64,000 nucleotides of DNA from Raillietiella orientalis (taxonomy: Eukaryota): NCBI GenBank assembly GCA_036172245.1, contig JAYWIR010000042.1, positions 992,001 to 1,056,000 on the forward strand. Direction: 5' to 3'. The notes beneath the pieces were generated by a model. That model saw only the letters and a program-made list of their open reading frames with translations. It had not been told where the DNA came from and did no database searches. Shown in pieces: positions 41,200 to 55,100 of the stretch (its first letter is position 1; each line of letters starts with the position of its first letter). Both the position numbers and the translations under genes were made by a program.

Positions 41200-42033
41200 C
41201 GATGACAGCCGTGGCGAAAGGAGTAGAGACTTGGCGAGGCAAGTTTTTTCGAGAGAAGTGGTCCTGAGTGAAGCAATCCCAGGTCCCATCTCACACAACC
41301 CCTCAGCGAAGACTTGGCTCTTTTGATTGGGCGGCTGGGGAATCCAAAGAACTCGGCGTCATAATGACTGTTGGATATCGGAGCGTGGTCCTGGATGGTA
41401 AGGTATGGACGAAACCCCGCTTCAAATAGAATGGCAAAAGGAAGACAACCTGAGCGCCACCTATCTTCTCGATCTTCACTGGCAAAGACCTGTGTGTCGG
41501 CGAACAACACTACACTTGGGTGTGACTTCAGCCTAGGCATGATCGGGTGATGCAGAAATCAAACAAGATGACTATTCTTGAAGTCTCCTGTCCGTTCGAT
41601 AGCACCGAGAAGGTATTTAACCTCACCTGAATGGAAAAAGAAGAGAAATGCCAGGAGATGGTCTTACTGTTGAGAAAAAAAGGACTTCAGACTGAAGTCA
41701 GAGGAATCCTTTATCGGTGCATTGGGAACCTGGAAACCACGGGACGATGTAGTAATCTGCAAGTTAGGTATCCCGAATCGGTATGCAGGAACAATGAGGC
41801 ACTGATGGTGGTCTTGTGCATCCAACACGGCATGGGTATTCACTGGGAGCACCGTCTGGCACATCCTACAGGTGATGCCATAATTGCACGAAGACAAGAA
41901 ACAGCTGCAAAAGAGGGAGTCTTTCATTCGAACCCTTGAAAAGTGAAGAATCTGTTAGCTGAAGACAGAAGGATTCGACAGAAACATTCTCTTGATATTT
42001 TTATGTACTAATACTGGAATAACTTAAATGAAA
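41200..42033 (+). mobile_element. 3' end of a NeSL/Utopia-type RLE non-LTR retrotransposon (degenerate)
   Basis: RRHN (41354-41365); RHDRV...ILEVSCPFD (PD..D-type, 41535-41600); EKEEKC (K..KY-like); IGALGTW (41713-41733, after a frameshift); LGIPNRY..M, LMVV..I....IHWEH (to 41852). AT-rich 3' UTR abuts U2 sequence. Confidence 0.85.
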
Positions 42034-42152
42034 TCTGTTCTTATCAGCTTAATATCTGATGCGTCACCTATCTGATGGTCAATGTATTAAACTACTTTTT
42101 GGAAGTGGACAAGATGCTTGGAGCTTGCTCCTCTCCTGTCGCGAGTTGACCC
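42034..42152 (+). pseudogene. RNU2: U2 snRNA copy lacking the first ~38 nt and the 3' terminal stem-loop IV
   Basis: TCTGTTCTTATCAGCTTAATATCTGAT (U2 nt ~39-65, stem IIa), Sm-like ACTTTTTGG, GGAGCTTGCTCC (stem-loop III), CTGTCGCGAGTTGACCC. Colinear with remembered human and fly U2. Confidence 0.92.
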
Positions 42153-42439
42153 AGATCGAGATGGAACAGCAGTCGAGCATGTTATTTTGTAGAAGGATCA
42201 AAAGGGGCCTCGTAACGGCTACAAGAGGACGGTGGAAGACAGACATGATCATCTTCACACCAGGACTTAACGTGGAAAACAGCAGTCCGTCTCTGATTAT
42301 TAAAGTATCTAAAGGATGGCGCTTGCGTATGCGTCTAAGGGCAGTCCAAGCAGTGAGGATGGAGAACTGGCAGGAAGGAAGTGGATAGGAGCAGAGGTTG
42401 ATGTAACATTTCTGTAGAGTTCTTCATGTTGATGGGTCT

Positions 42440-44450
42440 CTGATACCAAGTTCCTGAATCCGTGGATGAAGCCTTTCGTTCCCCTTCCCTCCCCCAGAAA
42501 GCGCGGGCAGCATCCTGGCATACGAGGGCACCGGAAATCTGATGTCACACCGACGACCTCGTGGTCCGGGGAGAGGAAGCAGCTCCGAGTCAGGAAGGCT
42601 TCAGCCTTGGGCTTCATCGCGCGAGGGAGAGTTCCTGGAATGAGAGAACCAGGAAGGAGGGAGAAGGCAATCTTAGACGGGGGACCTCCTTCAGTCCTGT
42701 TTCCCCGGAGATTTGCCGACCCCGAGGCGAAGAGAGAGGAGGCGGAGGAAGGAGGCTCCGCCCTCGAGGAATGAGCGGTGGAGGAGGAGGGTAAGGGAAT
42801 TCTCTGCTTCCAGGACGCCGATTCTCCGACGTAATCACCGACCCGAATGGCGGCAGACGATTCCGGTGGCGGTATCCGCCCACAAGGAAGGAATTGGTCT
42901 TGCTCTCCGTTTCCATTCCTCCACTTCGAAGGACGGAGCTCAGCATCCCAGCTATCCGGGAAGAATGCGACGATACTTCTCCGCGTCCGCCTTCCGGCAC
43001 GACCGCCTCTCTTTCTCCTCTTTCCCCGCCAGAGGGCTGCGTATCCAGGAGCTCGGAGTTCCCTTGTCGTCGAGGTCTCACTGGCCGTCCTCCTCGTATG
43101 GGGGCGCAGGAAGGTTGATAGGTGGTTCGACCACCAGCCCGAGTCCGCGCGACCTACCAGCGACGGCCTCCCGAGAGGAACCCGCTGCTCGCCGGCGAGA
43201 CGGCTCTTCAGGAGCGGGTGCTGGCGTTTTTCCTAGGCAGAAAGAAGGGACTGGAGAGAGATCATATTCCCGCAACCCCTTCGTTTGTTTCCTGGCCCTT
43301 CTGCCCTCCACTTTCGGGAAGCCACTTCTAACTGGAGCTCCCAAAGTCGTGTGCTGGACATCGGTCCACTTGGCACGGTCTCACCCCGATCCCACGCTCG
43401 TATTGCTGCTGCTGAGGTCACACGAAGCGCACGCCTCACAAGAAAGGACCGGGACACGGGGGAACAGAGAGTGAGGATGGGAGCTGGGATGCCTACAGAA
43501 GAGAATTCCCGAGTCTTCTACTGGGAGCGTCATGTGGAGGAGAGCAGGAAGGCGTCAGATGGGTCAGAGCATGGCCGCACGTCAGGAGCAGGTTGGGACG
43601 AAGCCATCCCAGAAGAGGCGCTTTCATTCTTCTCCGCCATCTGTCCGGGGAGACACCCTTCCATCACCTCTCTGCGATGCTGCCCCACGAGGCTGCTGAT
43701 CCTGGAGCATCTCGAGAACGACTCGTCCAAACTTCTTCTCTCGCCTCCGTTTCACCCCCTTGGACTCCCCGCACTTCAGATCTGACCTTGCGTTCGCCAC
43801 CGTCCCCATGCTTCTTCCCTAATTCTTCCTCCCTTGATCGGAGTCGTCCTGACAGCTCCCGACTCCTTTCCTCCTTTTCTTCTTCCTTGCTTCTCCTTTC
43901 CCCAAGACTGCAAGTCGAAAAAAAAAAGAAAGAAAGAAAAGAAATCAATCGTTCTCTTTATCGGAGGAACATGCTGTTTATTCCTTTACCGGAACCAGGG
44001 ACTTTCCTCCCCCTCTTCCATCACCTTCTTGCAGCCTCTGCAGAGAGGAAAGGAAGACGGTTCCCACGCTCCAGCATCTGACGGCGTTCCAATGAACGAG
44101 GAGCTCGGCAGAAGTTATTGCTGCAAAAATGGGACTTGGGATCCCGTCTCCCTCCCATCTTTCCGTCTCGTTTCACTCGCGAATCATAAAACCCCATGAA
44201 GCAGCCGTTCTTTACACCCATTCGGCTTACACTTGTTTTCGTGCGTGCGTGTAATGCACGCGGCAGCGTTCGTTCCCGCGCAACCCATCCCACGAGAACG
44301 AAGAAAAACTACCAGGCTCCTCACTACCATCTGCGACCTGGCATCTCCGCGCATCTTTTCCGCATCCGTCCAGATGCTTTCTTGTTTTCCCGGACCAACC
44401 CTTGGTTGGTCCGAACACGTCACTTTCGTGCATCATCTTTCCTTCCCTTC
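42440..44450 (+). mobile_element. Degenerate I/Jockey-like non-LTR element (gag and RT remnants)
   Basis: KPFVPLPSPRK....GHRKSD (pre-knuckle gag pattern, 42466 frame); DPVSLPSFRLVSL (P..YRPISL-like, ~44140-44180). Confidence 0.4.
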
Positions 44451-44599
44451 TCTATCTGAAGAACGACAGTCTGCGGGGGATCACACGTTTTCCGCCATCT
44501 GAATTCCTTTGTCAAGAAACAACTGCCCAGCTGCGTATCCCTATCGAAATACATATACACCCTTTATACATACAGATGTATTTATAGACGTTTAGTTCA

Positions 44600-44724
44600 A
44601 AAGTGTCCATTCCTTCATTCACACGGTATCGTGAGAACTGTTCGCAAGTTTCCGTACAAACAACCCGTGAATCTGTGAGACATTGACAAGTGAGGATGTC
44701 AGAAAAATAAATAAATAAATAAAT
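44600..44724 (+). mobile_element. Short LINE 3' end with (AAAT)n tail
   Basis: AAAAATAAATAAATAAATAAAT at ~44703-44724 follows a short CR1/L2-like C-terminal remnant. Confidence 0.35.
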
Positions 44725-47590
44725 TACGTATTTACATGTATTATTTGATCTCCGAGCCGAATGAAAACATTTTAATAGTCCCATGTCTCTGCTGCATGAT
44801 CTTTTCCATCATTCCGAACGAATCATGCAGTACGAAGATGAACGGTTTAATGTCTGATGGGCGCGGTCACATTTGGATGACAATTTCAAATGCCAAGATG
44901 AATGTGGTTTTCACATTTCATATGAGGAAGTGCATCGGGTGTATCACCATTATAATTCTAGTCGGAAAACATCACTGATTAGTTGGCGGGGCTGAAACAG
45001 ACTTGGGAGAAGTTTCGCGGAAGACCAAAAGGTAAGTAAGAAATGACAACATGAAATAAGAATATTGCTTCAAGTTCGATTGAGAAATTTCAAAATGTTT
45101 ACAGATTCTCACAGGTAATGGCGACAGAACATTACAACGGATTGGCTTTCTTGCCAAAGAAATCAAGAATATTGAAACTAAAGAGTTCTGCGAGTACCGT
45201 TCTTTTACATTACGTATGTATGACATTCTTGATGAATGCTGAAGTTTTGACTTTGCTCCAAGCTCTTGATTTGGAAATGTTGACATCACAACCGCAATAC
45301 TATGATAACTTCAAGAAATGGCCCTTGCATTGAATACCAACCCCAAGCCCTCCCACCTTCCGTCCGATAAGACGACGCAAAGCACTGGTGTTAAACGAAG
45401 TATTTTTTCTTTTCCATTAACTGATATTCCTGATGCCGTCATTTACCAGAAGAAGTGATGGTAGTGGTGCACGTTCTTTGAAATGTGAGATTGGTTATTC
45501 CGTACAAGCTGCATCTTTATTTTTTTGTGATTGGGTTTGGGCAATGGTAAATTATAATAGAAATGATCAATCATCGATCGCAGAGAAAGTCTGAAATATC
45601 CCGTAGGTAACCTCATTCTGATTTTTTTTTGTTTTTTTCTCGGCAATTTCAGTCTTTTAGATGCGTTGTTTTGTTTTGTTTTCAAAAAAGCTGTTTAAAT
45701 TCTTATGCAAAAATTCAACACAATCAATGAACTCGCACACACACGCAAGATGGCTTTGGAGTAAAAGCTGCAAGTGTCCAAAGTACCGAGGTGCCTTCCT
45801 TATAATTTCCTAAAGGAGTTTCAGAGGATTCCTCTCACAGATTCACTGTTCCTATGCTGTGGTTCCTTAGTTGGTTCACTTCTTGAGTTTCAGCCTCAGC
45901 TGAAAATCTCCATTTAGGAATTTTGAATTTTTTTGAGGCTTCAGCAACTCGATACGAAACATCTCCCTAATGAGAAGTTTCGAGCATCTTGCCCACCTAC
46001 AATCAATCAATCTCAGGCTACTGCAGAATTTTTTGTCATTACAGTAGCTCAAAGATGTGAAATTCAGCGTAAGCAGGAGTATGGCTGGCACGGGATGCTA
46101 TCGAGACGTACTCAGCACTTCCGGAACGACAGGGAGGAAGAAAACTGCGTTTTCCGGCTTCGCGCATCATTGGTTAAAGAGCTGCGTGGAAACCCCTACG
46201 ACTAATGCTGCCACCTAACAGCGTGGGTGGAGGGAGGCTAAGATGGCCGAAACAGGAAGAATCCACAGTGCATGCGAGTCTCCCGATAGGAGGACGAAGT
46301 CGGCAAAGAGCGGCGGTGATTCCTCAGCGCACACTTGTTTGAAGAATAGGAGGAAGAAGGACACTATTTTCTCTTTCATCCGTGGCTACGGGAGGAGTGC
46401 CATCCAATGACCTCGTCTCTGGCTTCGACACGAGACGCGCGGTCCACATCTCGTTTTCTTACGCTGACAAGGGCTTTTGCGTTCCACGTAGACGCACAGT
46501 TTCTTGAGCGATGAAAGATCCGCGCAGCATCAGAAAAACTACGACCCAGATCTTCAGCTCCAGATCCAGAAAGCTGCATCATCAACAGCAGAAGAGGACA
46601 CCCAGCACACAAGATTAACAGACAATAGTGATGTTTGACCGTTCAGTCGGAACAAAAAGGGCAAACCTGGATAAGAACGGGGTGGCAAGGCAGTCACCAG
46701 ATCGATTCCGGATAACCTCTCGATGTTCTCTTATCATCACCCACAAGAGACCTTCGAAGACCTCCGGCCGCGAATGCAGAATTGAAAATCAGATTCGAGT
46801 TTTTCCCACCCACCCGCTGAATTGGACACCTATAGGGATCGGTCGTTTCTTCAAGGGATCGTGTGTCTCTAGACAGGGTGTGTTTTTTCCGAAAAATTTC
46901 AAGCAGCAGGCAGGATGGGCAGCCCATCGATCACATGCTCTTCAGGAAGTGTTGGTGAGGTCATCGTATTGCTGCTTCTCTACATCATTCCTTTGCCCAT
47001 CGCAGAAAGACCAGCATTTGCTTTTCCTAGATCACTTGCTTACCTAGTAACCGGAATACTCCTTGAGGAGCTGCAGACAGCCCTGTCAGTTCACGTCAGA
47101 CTCCGAAAAGTAAACGTCACGTGGGAGCATGGCCCCCGCGGCAGGGAACACCCAGAAGCCCATCGAGTGGCGACGAGGCGGCAAAGAAGCTCCCCCTCCT
47201 CCGCAACCGAAGGAAAGATTGAGAGAGTCAGTGACTTGGCTGGACCCGTAGCACAGAGGTCCTGAAATAACTGTTGAGGAAAGATTTTCGACATAAGCAG
47301 GCGCCTCCCGGGTGCGCACTCTAGAGAAAGCGCTGACCTTTCATCGAGTGCAACCATACCTTCCCCGCCTGAATGCAGAGGTCGGGACGCCAGAGCGGCC
47401 CGAGGCCGGCACTGCATCTTTTGCATATGCCTCATTGAAGCCGTTCCTCCACATGTGCCCTGAGGTTCAAATGACAAGGGTGAGGCAGGAAGGAGGGCAT
47501 CCGCGCGCGCGGATCACAGAAAATTCTCCGGTTGTGCAAGCAGGCGAAATGAAATCAGAAAGGGGAATTTGCAACCAGGAAGCGACTTCT

Positions 47591-47923
47591 TCAGAGTCTT
47601 CTACTGCTATTTAGACAAGCCTCGACTCCATCCCAAGTGACTTTGGAAGATGAGCAAAACGTTGAAGAATTTCGAACAGGGAAAAAGAGTTCTTGTACGC
47701 TGTTGTGGTTTCTAGGTGATAGAGCTATGAGCCTACTTTGCAAAAGTTCAGCTGCTACTCTGAAAACTTCAGCCAAAGATAAATTTACCAAAAAAGATAC
47801 ATTCTGTTCTTCGTTTCCTTGGCGCTTTTTGCAATTCTGAATCTCTAATCCCCTCAGGACAACGAGAGCTGCTTTCTTGAGGAAGAGAACATGGAATACC
47901 GATAGGGCTTCCAGATCTACCAT
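47591..47923 (-). mobile_element. Second RLE-type (R2/R4/NeSL-like) knuckle plus RHN fragment
   Basis: NCKKRQGNEEQNVSFLVN (decayed CCHC) followed by RNHNSVQ (RHN.V-like). Confidence 0.35.
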
Positions 47924-49699
47924 CCCAGAGTTTTCTCTTTTTCTTTCCTCAGTTCTCCTTGTCTCTTTTCTTCTTCTTCTTCTCTCATCTCCATTTCATT
48001 CTTCACACTTTACTTTTTCCCATCTCTCACTGGATTTTACTCTTCCTTTGAAGCATTGCTTGTACAGGACACCTGTATTCAATGACACATCTGCGTGAGC
48101 GTGCTTAGAGAATCCTTTGCTCCACACCAGTGTCTACTGCCAGGAAACGCTGTTTCCTATATCCTCTGAAGGAACTTCCCAGCTATCCAGGGATGTGGCT
48201 GATGCCTCCGGAGATCTCGAGTGAGTGTACAGATTCCCAGGCGGCGGTACTGCTCCGTTCTCCCGGTCAACCATCCCGGAACCTCGACTGGAGCAGGTTC
48301 GTCTCTCCAACCTGAAGAATTTTCTCGGAATGTCTCTTCTTCCTTGATTTTCTTTTTTTTTTCTTCCCCTTCCCTTCAGCTTCGGACGCATCTGCCAGTA
48401 GGGCTGCAAGCTTCCCCGACTCGCCTCCGCGAGAGATAGCGATTCCATCCTGGAACTGCGCAAGGTTCCCTAAGAGTCCTCTTCGATCCCTAAGAAATTT
48501 TCGGTCTTGAGTTCCGTGAGGCAACTCCGGAGCTCCGCGGTGCCTTATGAGCTTTATTCTTGAAAGAAGAGAGCGCGCGTTTGCCGTACAGCAGCTTCTC
48601 CTGGTAAGACACCGTCGGGCATTTTCCAGAACAGTGACAGAGGCAAGAACGGAGCAGATTCCTGGACGACCGCTCCGCGACTGCTTCGGAAGGGACCATG
48701 ACTCACCGTTGCTGGTCTCGCTCCCGGGCTCGAGGGACAACGGAAGAGCCCCGCGGGGATGAGGGAGGGCATTCAGCAAAGGAAGGAAGCCCTTAGAAGG
48801 ACTGTTCCAAGGCTGAAGTTGAGGGACAGAGAGGGCTGTTTCCCCCTGGGAGTATCGATCTTCCGGGGTCCCCTTGTTGAGTCGGTTCGACCCGGACGAC
48901 TTTGCAAATGGGAAAACTTTCGGTCGGCCCGTTCCTGGGTCCGTGGGAAAACCTCTTCCACGGAAGGGAGAAGGAGGAAGCGGGAGGGAGGCGGACAGAG
49001 TCGAGTGCTCGTGACGAAACCGACGGAACTTCGGAGGCGAAGAAAAGAGCACCACACAGCTCGTGCTACACCTACTTCACCTTCCCATCGCAGAAGGGCA
49101 GCGATGCCGAGAATTTTGGGAAGATTTCGTAGAACGGACGGAAGCGAAGCAGCAGCGCCTGCGGTCGGAAAGCGCATCCGGCAGAAGAGTCGAACCTGTC
49201 GTGTGCGAAACGACGAAACGAGGAAGGGCACACGAGCAGACTCCCACCAGTGGTTAGAGCAAAATTCGTGCTCGTTGCCTGACTTGACATGGAACCAGCA
49301 ATTGGGCAGCTACTCCTATCGACAACCTTGTGGAAGCTTATCTGCCGAATCCACATCCTCTCGATCCTTCAAACTGAAAAATTGATGAATCGGAATGTCG
49401 GCAGAATTGATTTTCTCAGAGCTCAATGGCATGAGGCGAGGAAGCGGAAGGCTAATCATTTCCATCAGAAGACAGCCATTTATAAAGTATTCATAGTGTG
49501 CTGCATTATGCACTGCATAGTTGCACTTTCCTTATTGAGCTTATAGTTTCTCTTGCAGTTATTCCATTCTGGACTGTGACACAGTGCTGCTCCATCGCAT
49601 CTGCTGAGGAGACAGCGCGAAGCATCCTCGTGAACTGACGGATAAATTAAGGTACGACTTGAAAGAAAGGAAAACATGAATACTGCAGCTCGAGGTGGA

Positions 49700-50400
49700 G
49701 ACGCTGCTCAATGATCTTACGGGCTGACTGCACGAGAATTGGGAAGAAATGATTATCGAACGACGTGCTGGAGACGATTTTTACGGTTGTCCCGAGTCTG
49801 CCTTAGTTCCCTCCTGTCCACAAATCTTCCAGGAGTCGACAGGGGGAAGAAAAATGGAATCTGGAAAATCTTTCATTGTGTCCTAAGGCACGGAAGCATA
49901 GGTCAAGGGTGAGTCAGAAGCAATATCGGATAGGTTGTCCATTGCAAGAAGAAACATTAGGAAGATCTCTTAGACAAATCGATTGTCCTATTCTTTGTTA
50001 TAGCAGCAACTCCTGTGAGTGTCCAGAAAGGTTCCCGTTTTGTGCACGAATACTTTGAAGTCCTGCGACATCTTTGAGGAAGAAACTACGGATGCCAAGG
50101 TATAGGCATAGGGCACTTTGGATATCTCCTTTCTCGCAGGGATCCCCAGCAGGCCAACGACCGTTCCATATACCTGGATGCTAATAAAGGTCTTGCAGAT
50201 TCAGCAACTTCGTTCGAGAGCCACTGACTAGCTCCTTTTCCCCTTGCCCATCTCATTTCGTCTGAACGTTCCTCCCATGCTGCAAAGTGTTTGGAAGTGA
50301 ACTGGAGACTTTCTCCTATTACCACCTTTCCACTTTCCAAAGTGAAATGCTGCATTTCCACTTCTTGCCATCTGCTCGGATGAGTTTGCAGAGTCTTTGA
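49700..50400 (-). mobile_element. Degenerate CR1/L2-like RT fragment
   Basis: ARPLL..RYMER (YRPISLL..K..E-like), then LMFLLAMDNLSD...PLTYAS (LF...NDL...YADD-like, ~49890-49960). Confidence 0.4.
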
Positions 50401-52168
50401 GACTCTCGGAATAGCCAGTGCTTATCTTTTACAGTCTGGAGCTTCATTTGCAAGAAGAACTCTCCGGAGTACTTTCAACATCAGTCAAACGCTTCCCTTC
50501 TGCTTAATGGGTGGTGAATGCCTATCGCTTCTTCGCAATTGAATTCTTCATTCGATTTTTTTTTTTTCCTTTTCGGCTAAAGATGGCATTTCCTTGTCAG
50601 CTAAACTTCTACTCGGCTGAGAACCTGCAATATTAAATGACAATAAAAACGTCAAACAGGAAGCAAAAGGAAGCTCTACGAAACTCTTCGTGCGTTCCCG
50701 AGATGTTCCCGGAGTGAGGAAAAGCGCAATCTGACGGATTCAAGGAAGAGAATTGGGATGGGACGCCAGCAATCGCAAATTTCAGGAAAGCACCGTGACG
50801 TAAGCATCTGCGACGGCTCTCAGGGATGCCCACTGCGCCGCGTATGCATGGCTCCAAACTTTCGCAAAAGACAACTAATAATGAGTCCTCGCCTTTTTTT
50901 TTTTTTTTCCTTTTTCCTTTTTTTGTTCCTACCCGATAACACAAAAGCGAGCATACAGAGTGAAGTAAAGTGGCAAACAGTCCATGAAATGACTTTCGTG
51001 GACCTGGAAGTTGCCTGAGATTTATCGAATTTTCGTGGGCATTGATCAAACTCCTCCAGGTGGCTCCATGACAACGTCCTCTCGCCTTTCCCTAATGATC
51101 TGGCAATCCAAGTGAGCTATCCAATTGAGTAAAATAACTCGTAACTGAAAAATATATGTGTGTGCATGCGTGTCCTCATAGTGAAAGAAAACTGCCTCGC
51201 AATTCTTCTCCTTGCAAATTGCAGTTGCAGCGATAGAAACAGATCGCGTTCAAGATACGAATTCGGCTGGGACCAGTGTAGCAGGAAAGATGAAAAATGC
51301 CTCTCGTTCCTGGTTTGGAAATCGTCTGCACTGAATGAATCTTCCTGGGAGTCGGAGGATGAAATTCAAATGAACCGAAGTGAACTGGCGGTTGACTGCT
51401 TCGTTTGAACACTGAACGTCAAAGACCACAATGAAACATTCGAGCTTCTGCCTGTAAAAAAACAGGGAATTTCCTGGTCTCAGGACTTGAGGTGAGCAGC
51501 CTTCTCTTTAGTAAGTTGGCCTGCCTGGAAAAACACAGGGCCACCGAGTCTCATTTCTCGGTTTTCGTATCAGGGACAGGAGAAAATCCGAAACTTGAAA
51601 CCCATTGAAAAATGTGCGAATTGCCCACAACGTCTCAAATGATTATCCTCAGTACCGCACAAAATCAATGAGTTGGGTATCAGATGAATTTATCCTTATC
51701 AGATTATCCTTTATCGTTGGGAAAAATTAAAAGGAGTGCTACGTTGGTGGGGAATAACCGTGATTCGCAAACCGGACTGCTATTTGGGTGGTAATGAAAG
51801 CAAAGAGACTGACGGATGGTTGCATTTTACTTTTCGCCCACTTTGAAGGGATGATTCGTCCTGAACAGTTCATTGGCATGAATTGTGGTTTAAAATGGAA
51901 GCGGACGCCTACGTCTGCTTGCCCTCACAACTGCTCGGCGCCGTTTTGGGCAAGGGCAATATCACAGCTGAGGACGGAAATGGAGACGTCGTGATTATGG
52001 CACAACCTTCATTGCACTATGAGCGAAAGGCATTGCGGCTATTTATTTGAGGCGTCAGACTTTTTTTTTTTTTTTTTATTCAAAATACACATTTTGCTAT
52101 TTACCTGAACGCCCGACTGAATGCCCAAAATGCTCCCGACCGATTAGATGGGATTCTCTAGCAAACCC

Positions 52169-52194
52169 GTTAATGGTTAATGGTTAATGGTTAA
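52169..52194. repeat. (GTTAATG)n heptamer repeat, ~3.7 copies
   Basis: GTTAATGGTTAATGGTTAATGGTTAA. Confidence 0.85.
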
Positions 52195-55100
52195 AGGAGG
52201 ACTTTTCGCTGTTGATCTAACAGTCTAAACCGTTTTCTTCCACTTAAGCAATGATCATCCATGCATCATGCTTTCTCGTGAGACAAGGAACACCTCATAA
52301 CCAGGTTTCGAAAACATCCTGGCTGCCTTTTCGACCGTGGATGATCTTCGTTCTTCTTGACTTACCTGTGCTCAAACACAGGAATACCCTGCTTTTAAAT
52401 GTTGCAACCTTTTCAGCGTAAGCATTCTAGTTTTCGATGCTCTGTACCACACTTTTTCATCCTTTCTTGTTGTGAACTTAAAACACCCTTATGCTTTCCT
52501 TGTTTCTTGAGCTGAAAGAAAGCTTTCAGCTCACAAAAGAAGGTGCACATGCTTTTGATTGATAAAGAATACCAGTGAAGACACGGAAGAGGAAGCTAGG
52601 ATCTCCAAGAATGTCAGACCTTGTCTTGCTAGAGGTATAGGTCTTAGGTGACCTCGGAGAGCAGGAAACTATGAGGAAGGGGCCTATTGGTTATTTACAT
52701 ATCCAAGGCATGAACTTTTCGTGCACTGAACTCTTTCATTTTCCAGTCCATTCGCCCTCTGAATATGCGTGAAATATTCAATGAGCCAAAATTTGAACCA
52801 CAAAGAGCACGTTCCAAAGCTCTCCGATTCCAGAAACGAAAGATAAATCTTCTAGGTCACCGTGAATCCGTTTTTAGTGCCAGCGGAATGTCTCTCTGCT
52901 TACGAGCTTTTCATCCATTAAGCACGTGGGAGACAATTTGTTGAGGTTGCATGGAGGCGTTTCTGGGGAAGGATATTTCAGATACACGATAGGCAAGCAA
53001 TCATGCTCCTTTAATTGTGACTACCATGGCTGTAGAGGTTTTTTTTTCCTTCTTCTTCTTCTTCTTAAGAACGCGGTCAAGTTCGTACATCAAAACCATT
53101 ATGTGATGGGGGGTTTCTGCTCTTCATCCTGACTCCCGAAAGTCGGATCCAATGAAAAAGTCGTCCGGAAAAAAAAAAAAAAAAAATGCAGTAACCAAAA
53201 TGAGATGATTTTTCAGCAGTCAGTTCTCCGATCAATTGACGAAATTAAACTTTGGTTCACTAGAGTGTACTTCACTATACATTATCTTTAACAACTGTGG
53301 TTTGTTCCTCATGAACCACTGCCTGACGAAGTAGGTATTTAACTATTAAAGATTAGTTGTTTTTGGTGCTGTTTGGAATTGTATAGATTGATGTTCCTAG
53401 ATTCTTAGTCCCTGAAATCTATAAAATGTTAGGGCCTGGTTCTGTGACCAATAATTTATGAGATGGACTCGGATCATTCACGAGGCACTGACCTCGTAAA
53501 TTCAGTGGCTTTTGTGCTTATTTGTATTTCTAGAAAGCAGTCAGTGGTAAAGTGATTTACATTTAATACTGAATGCGGCATGTGTTTGCATGGAGGGAAG
53601 AACCATATTGCCACTTTTTTCGTATTTTTCCTGGGGCCTTCGAGCCGCAACTTGAGTCTCGACCTTACAAAGTCACAAACGGATCTTGTGAAACAGAATC
53701 ATCTTCCTGTTTTTCAAATAAATCAGTAGGTACATACCTTGATCTGAACGGATGATTTTTAAAATGATACTTTCCAAGAGATACAACTCAAACTCCAAAA
53801 TTATGGAGCGTTGTCATTAGTTGCAAAAAAAAATTGGACTGGCCTTACTCTTCTTGCTGCTTACCTGTTCCAAAAGGCTTAGAAATAATTTTGCCTGAAT
53901 TTTCTTTGCCTGAAGTTCATCCCTTCAGGCATCTCTTTACAACGTATTGCTGCTACATCTGGTCGAAGGAAAAAGATCCGGAAGGTGACGGCATCTTTTT
54001 GAGCTTTCGAACACGTTCCTCAACGGGAGACCTCAGCAAACGCTCGGATTATGAGTACAAATAATTCCGAACAAAATTCAAAATCATATGTTTCGCAACC
54101 TCGAAATGTACACATGGCAAATCAGAAGAACTTTTACAAGATTCGAGGAAGAAGTCGCATTTTTTGAAAAGGTGATATGAAATGCACTGCGATCCCACCC
54201 TACGACTTTGTGCTCATTTTCCCGTCATGATGATGACGTTGCCTCTACCGGATAAAGTTGTTTCTGAAAAACTTAACGACCACAAATCCCAGCTTTCTTT
54301 TGGACTAGTGGTCCATTGCAATGAATGGATGGTTATTTTTGCTTCCGTAGGGAGATTCCAAGTTTCTGTCATTCTCGAAAACAAAATTTCTGGAATTCAG
54401 ATTTTTGGCAATGAAAGCATTTCGCTTGAATTTTTTCTGGTTTGTTTTGCACCTTCTAAAAAGCTTGTGGAAGCTCTCACTGACAGTTCTTAGGTACGAG
54501 CATTTTATTTGTAACAGAGAGATCCCGCATTCCGAAAAACCTCAAACTCTTTCGTTAGTTCTTTGAGGAAAAAAAAAACGTCTCTTTCAAATTCATTGTT
54601 TATAAAGATGCATCTTTCAAAAGTACCATCTCTGCTATGTATACGCACTTTTTTAATCATGCGAACTCGGCGCAAAATGCATGGACAATGTCCAACAACG
54701 TGCACGCCCTTTCTTGTACATTTTAGCCTCAAGGCAGGAATGTCAGTTTCTCTTGAGCTCCTCTGACCGCGAGGGTTTTCACCCTGCGATTCAGAATCGC
54801 TCTGATCTTAGGCGAAGAGAAGATTCGTTTAGCTTCTCCTGGAATCCTGCGTGCAGATACGCGGCGGGATGAGAGTGCTTTTCGATTTGCAATGCACTCT
54901 GCTTTTGAGTTTTGCGTGTGCACTTTTTTTTTTTTTTTTTGGTTCGTTTGTTCTTTTACCTTCCACTTCTTCCCTCGTAATATTACGAGGGAAGTTGGTG
55001 TTTAGTTCGGTTGGCGTGCTGGACATCTTGCCTATTCATATTCCAATTTCAGTTCACACAAGATGGATGGAAAGTTGCATAGAACGTCTGGTGTGTGTAC

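Noticed and set aside
50524..50584. Possible U2 5' end (ATCGCTTCT ... CCTTTTCGGCTAAAGAT)
   Set aside because: Needs a ~35-nt insertion, lacks GTGTAGTA, and lies downstream rather than upstream of the Utopia element; likely chance.
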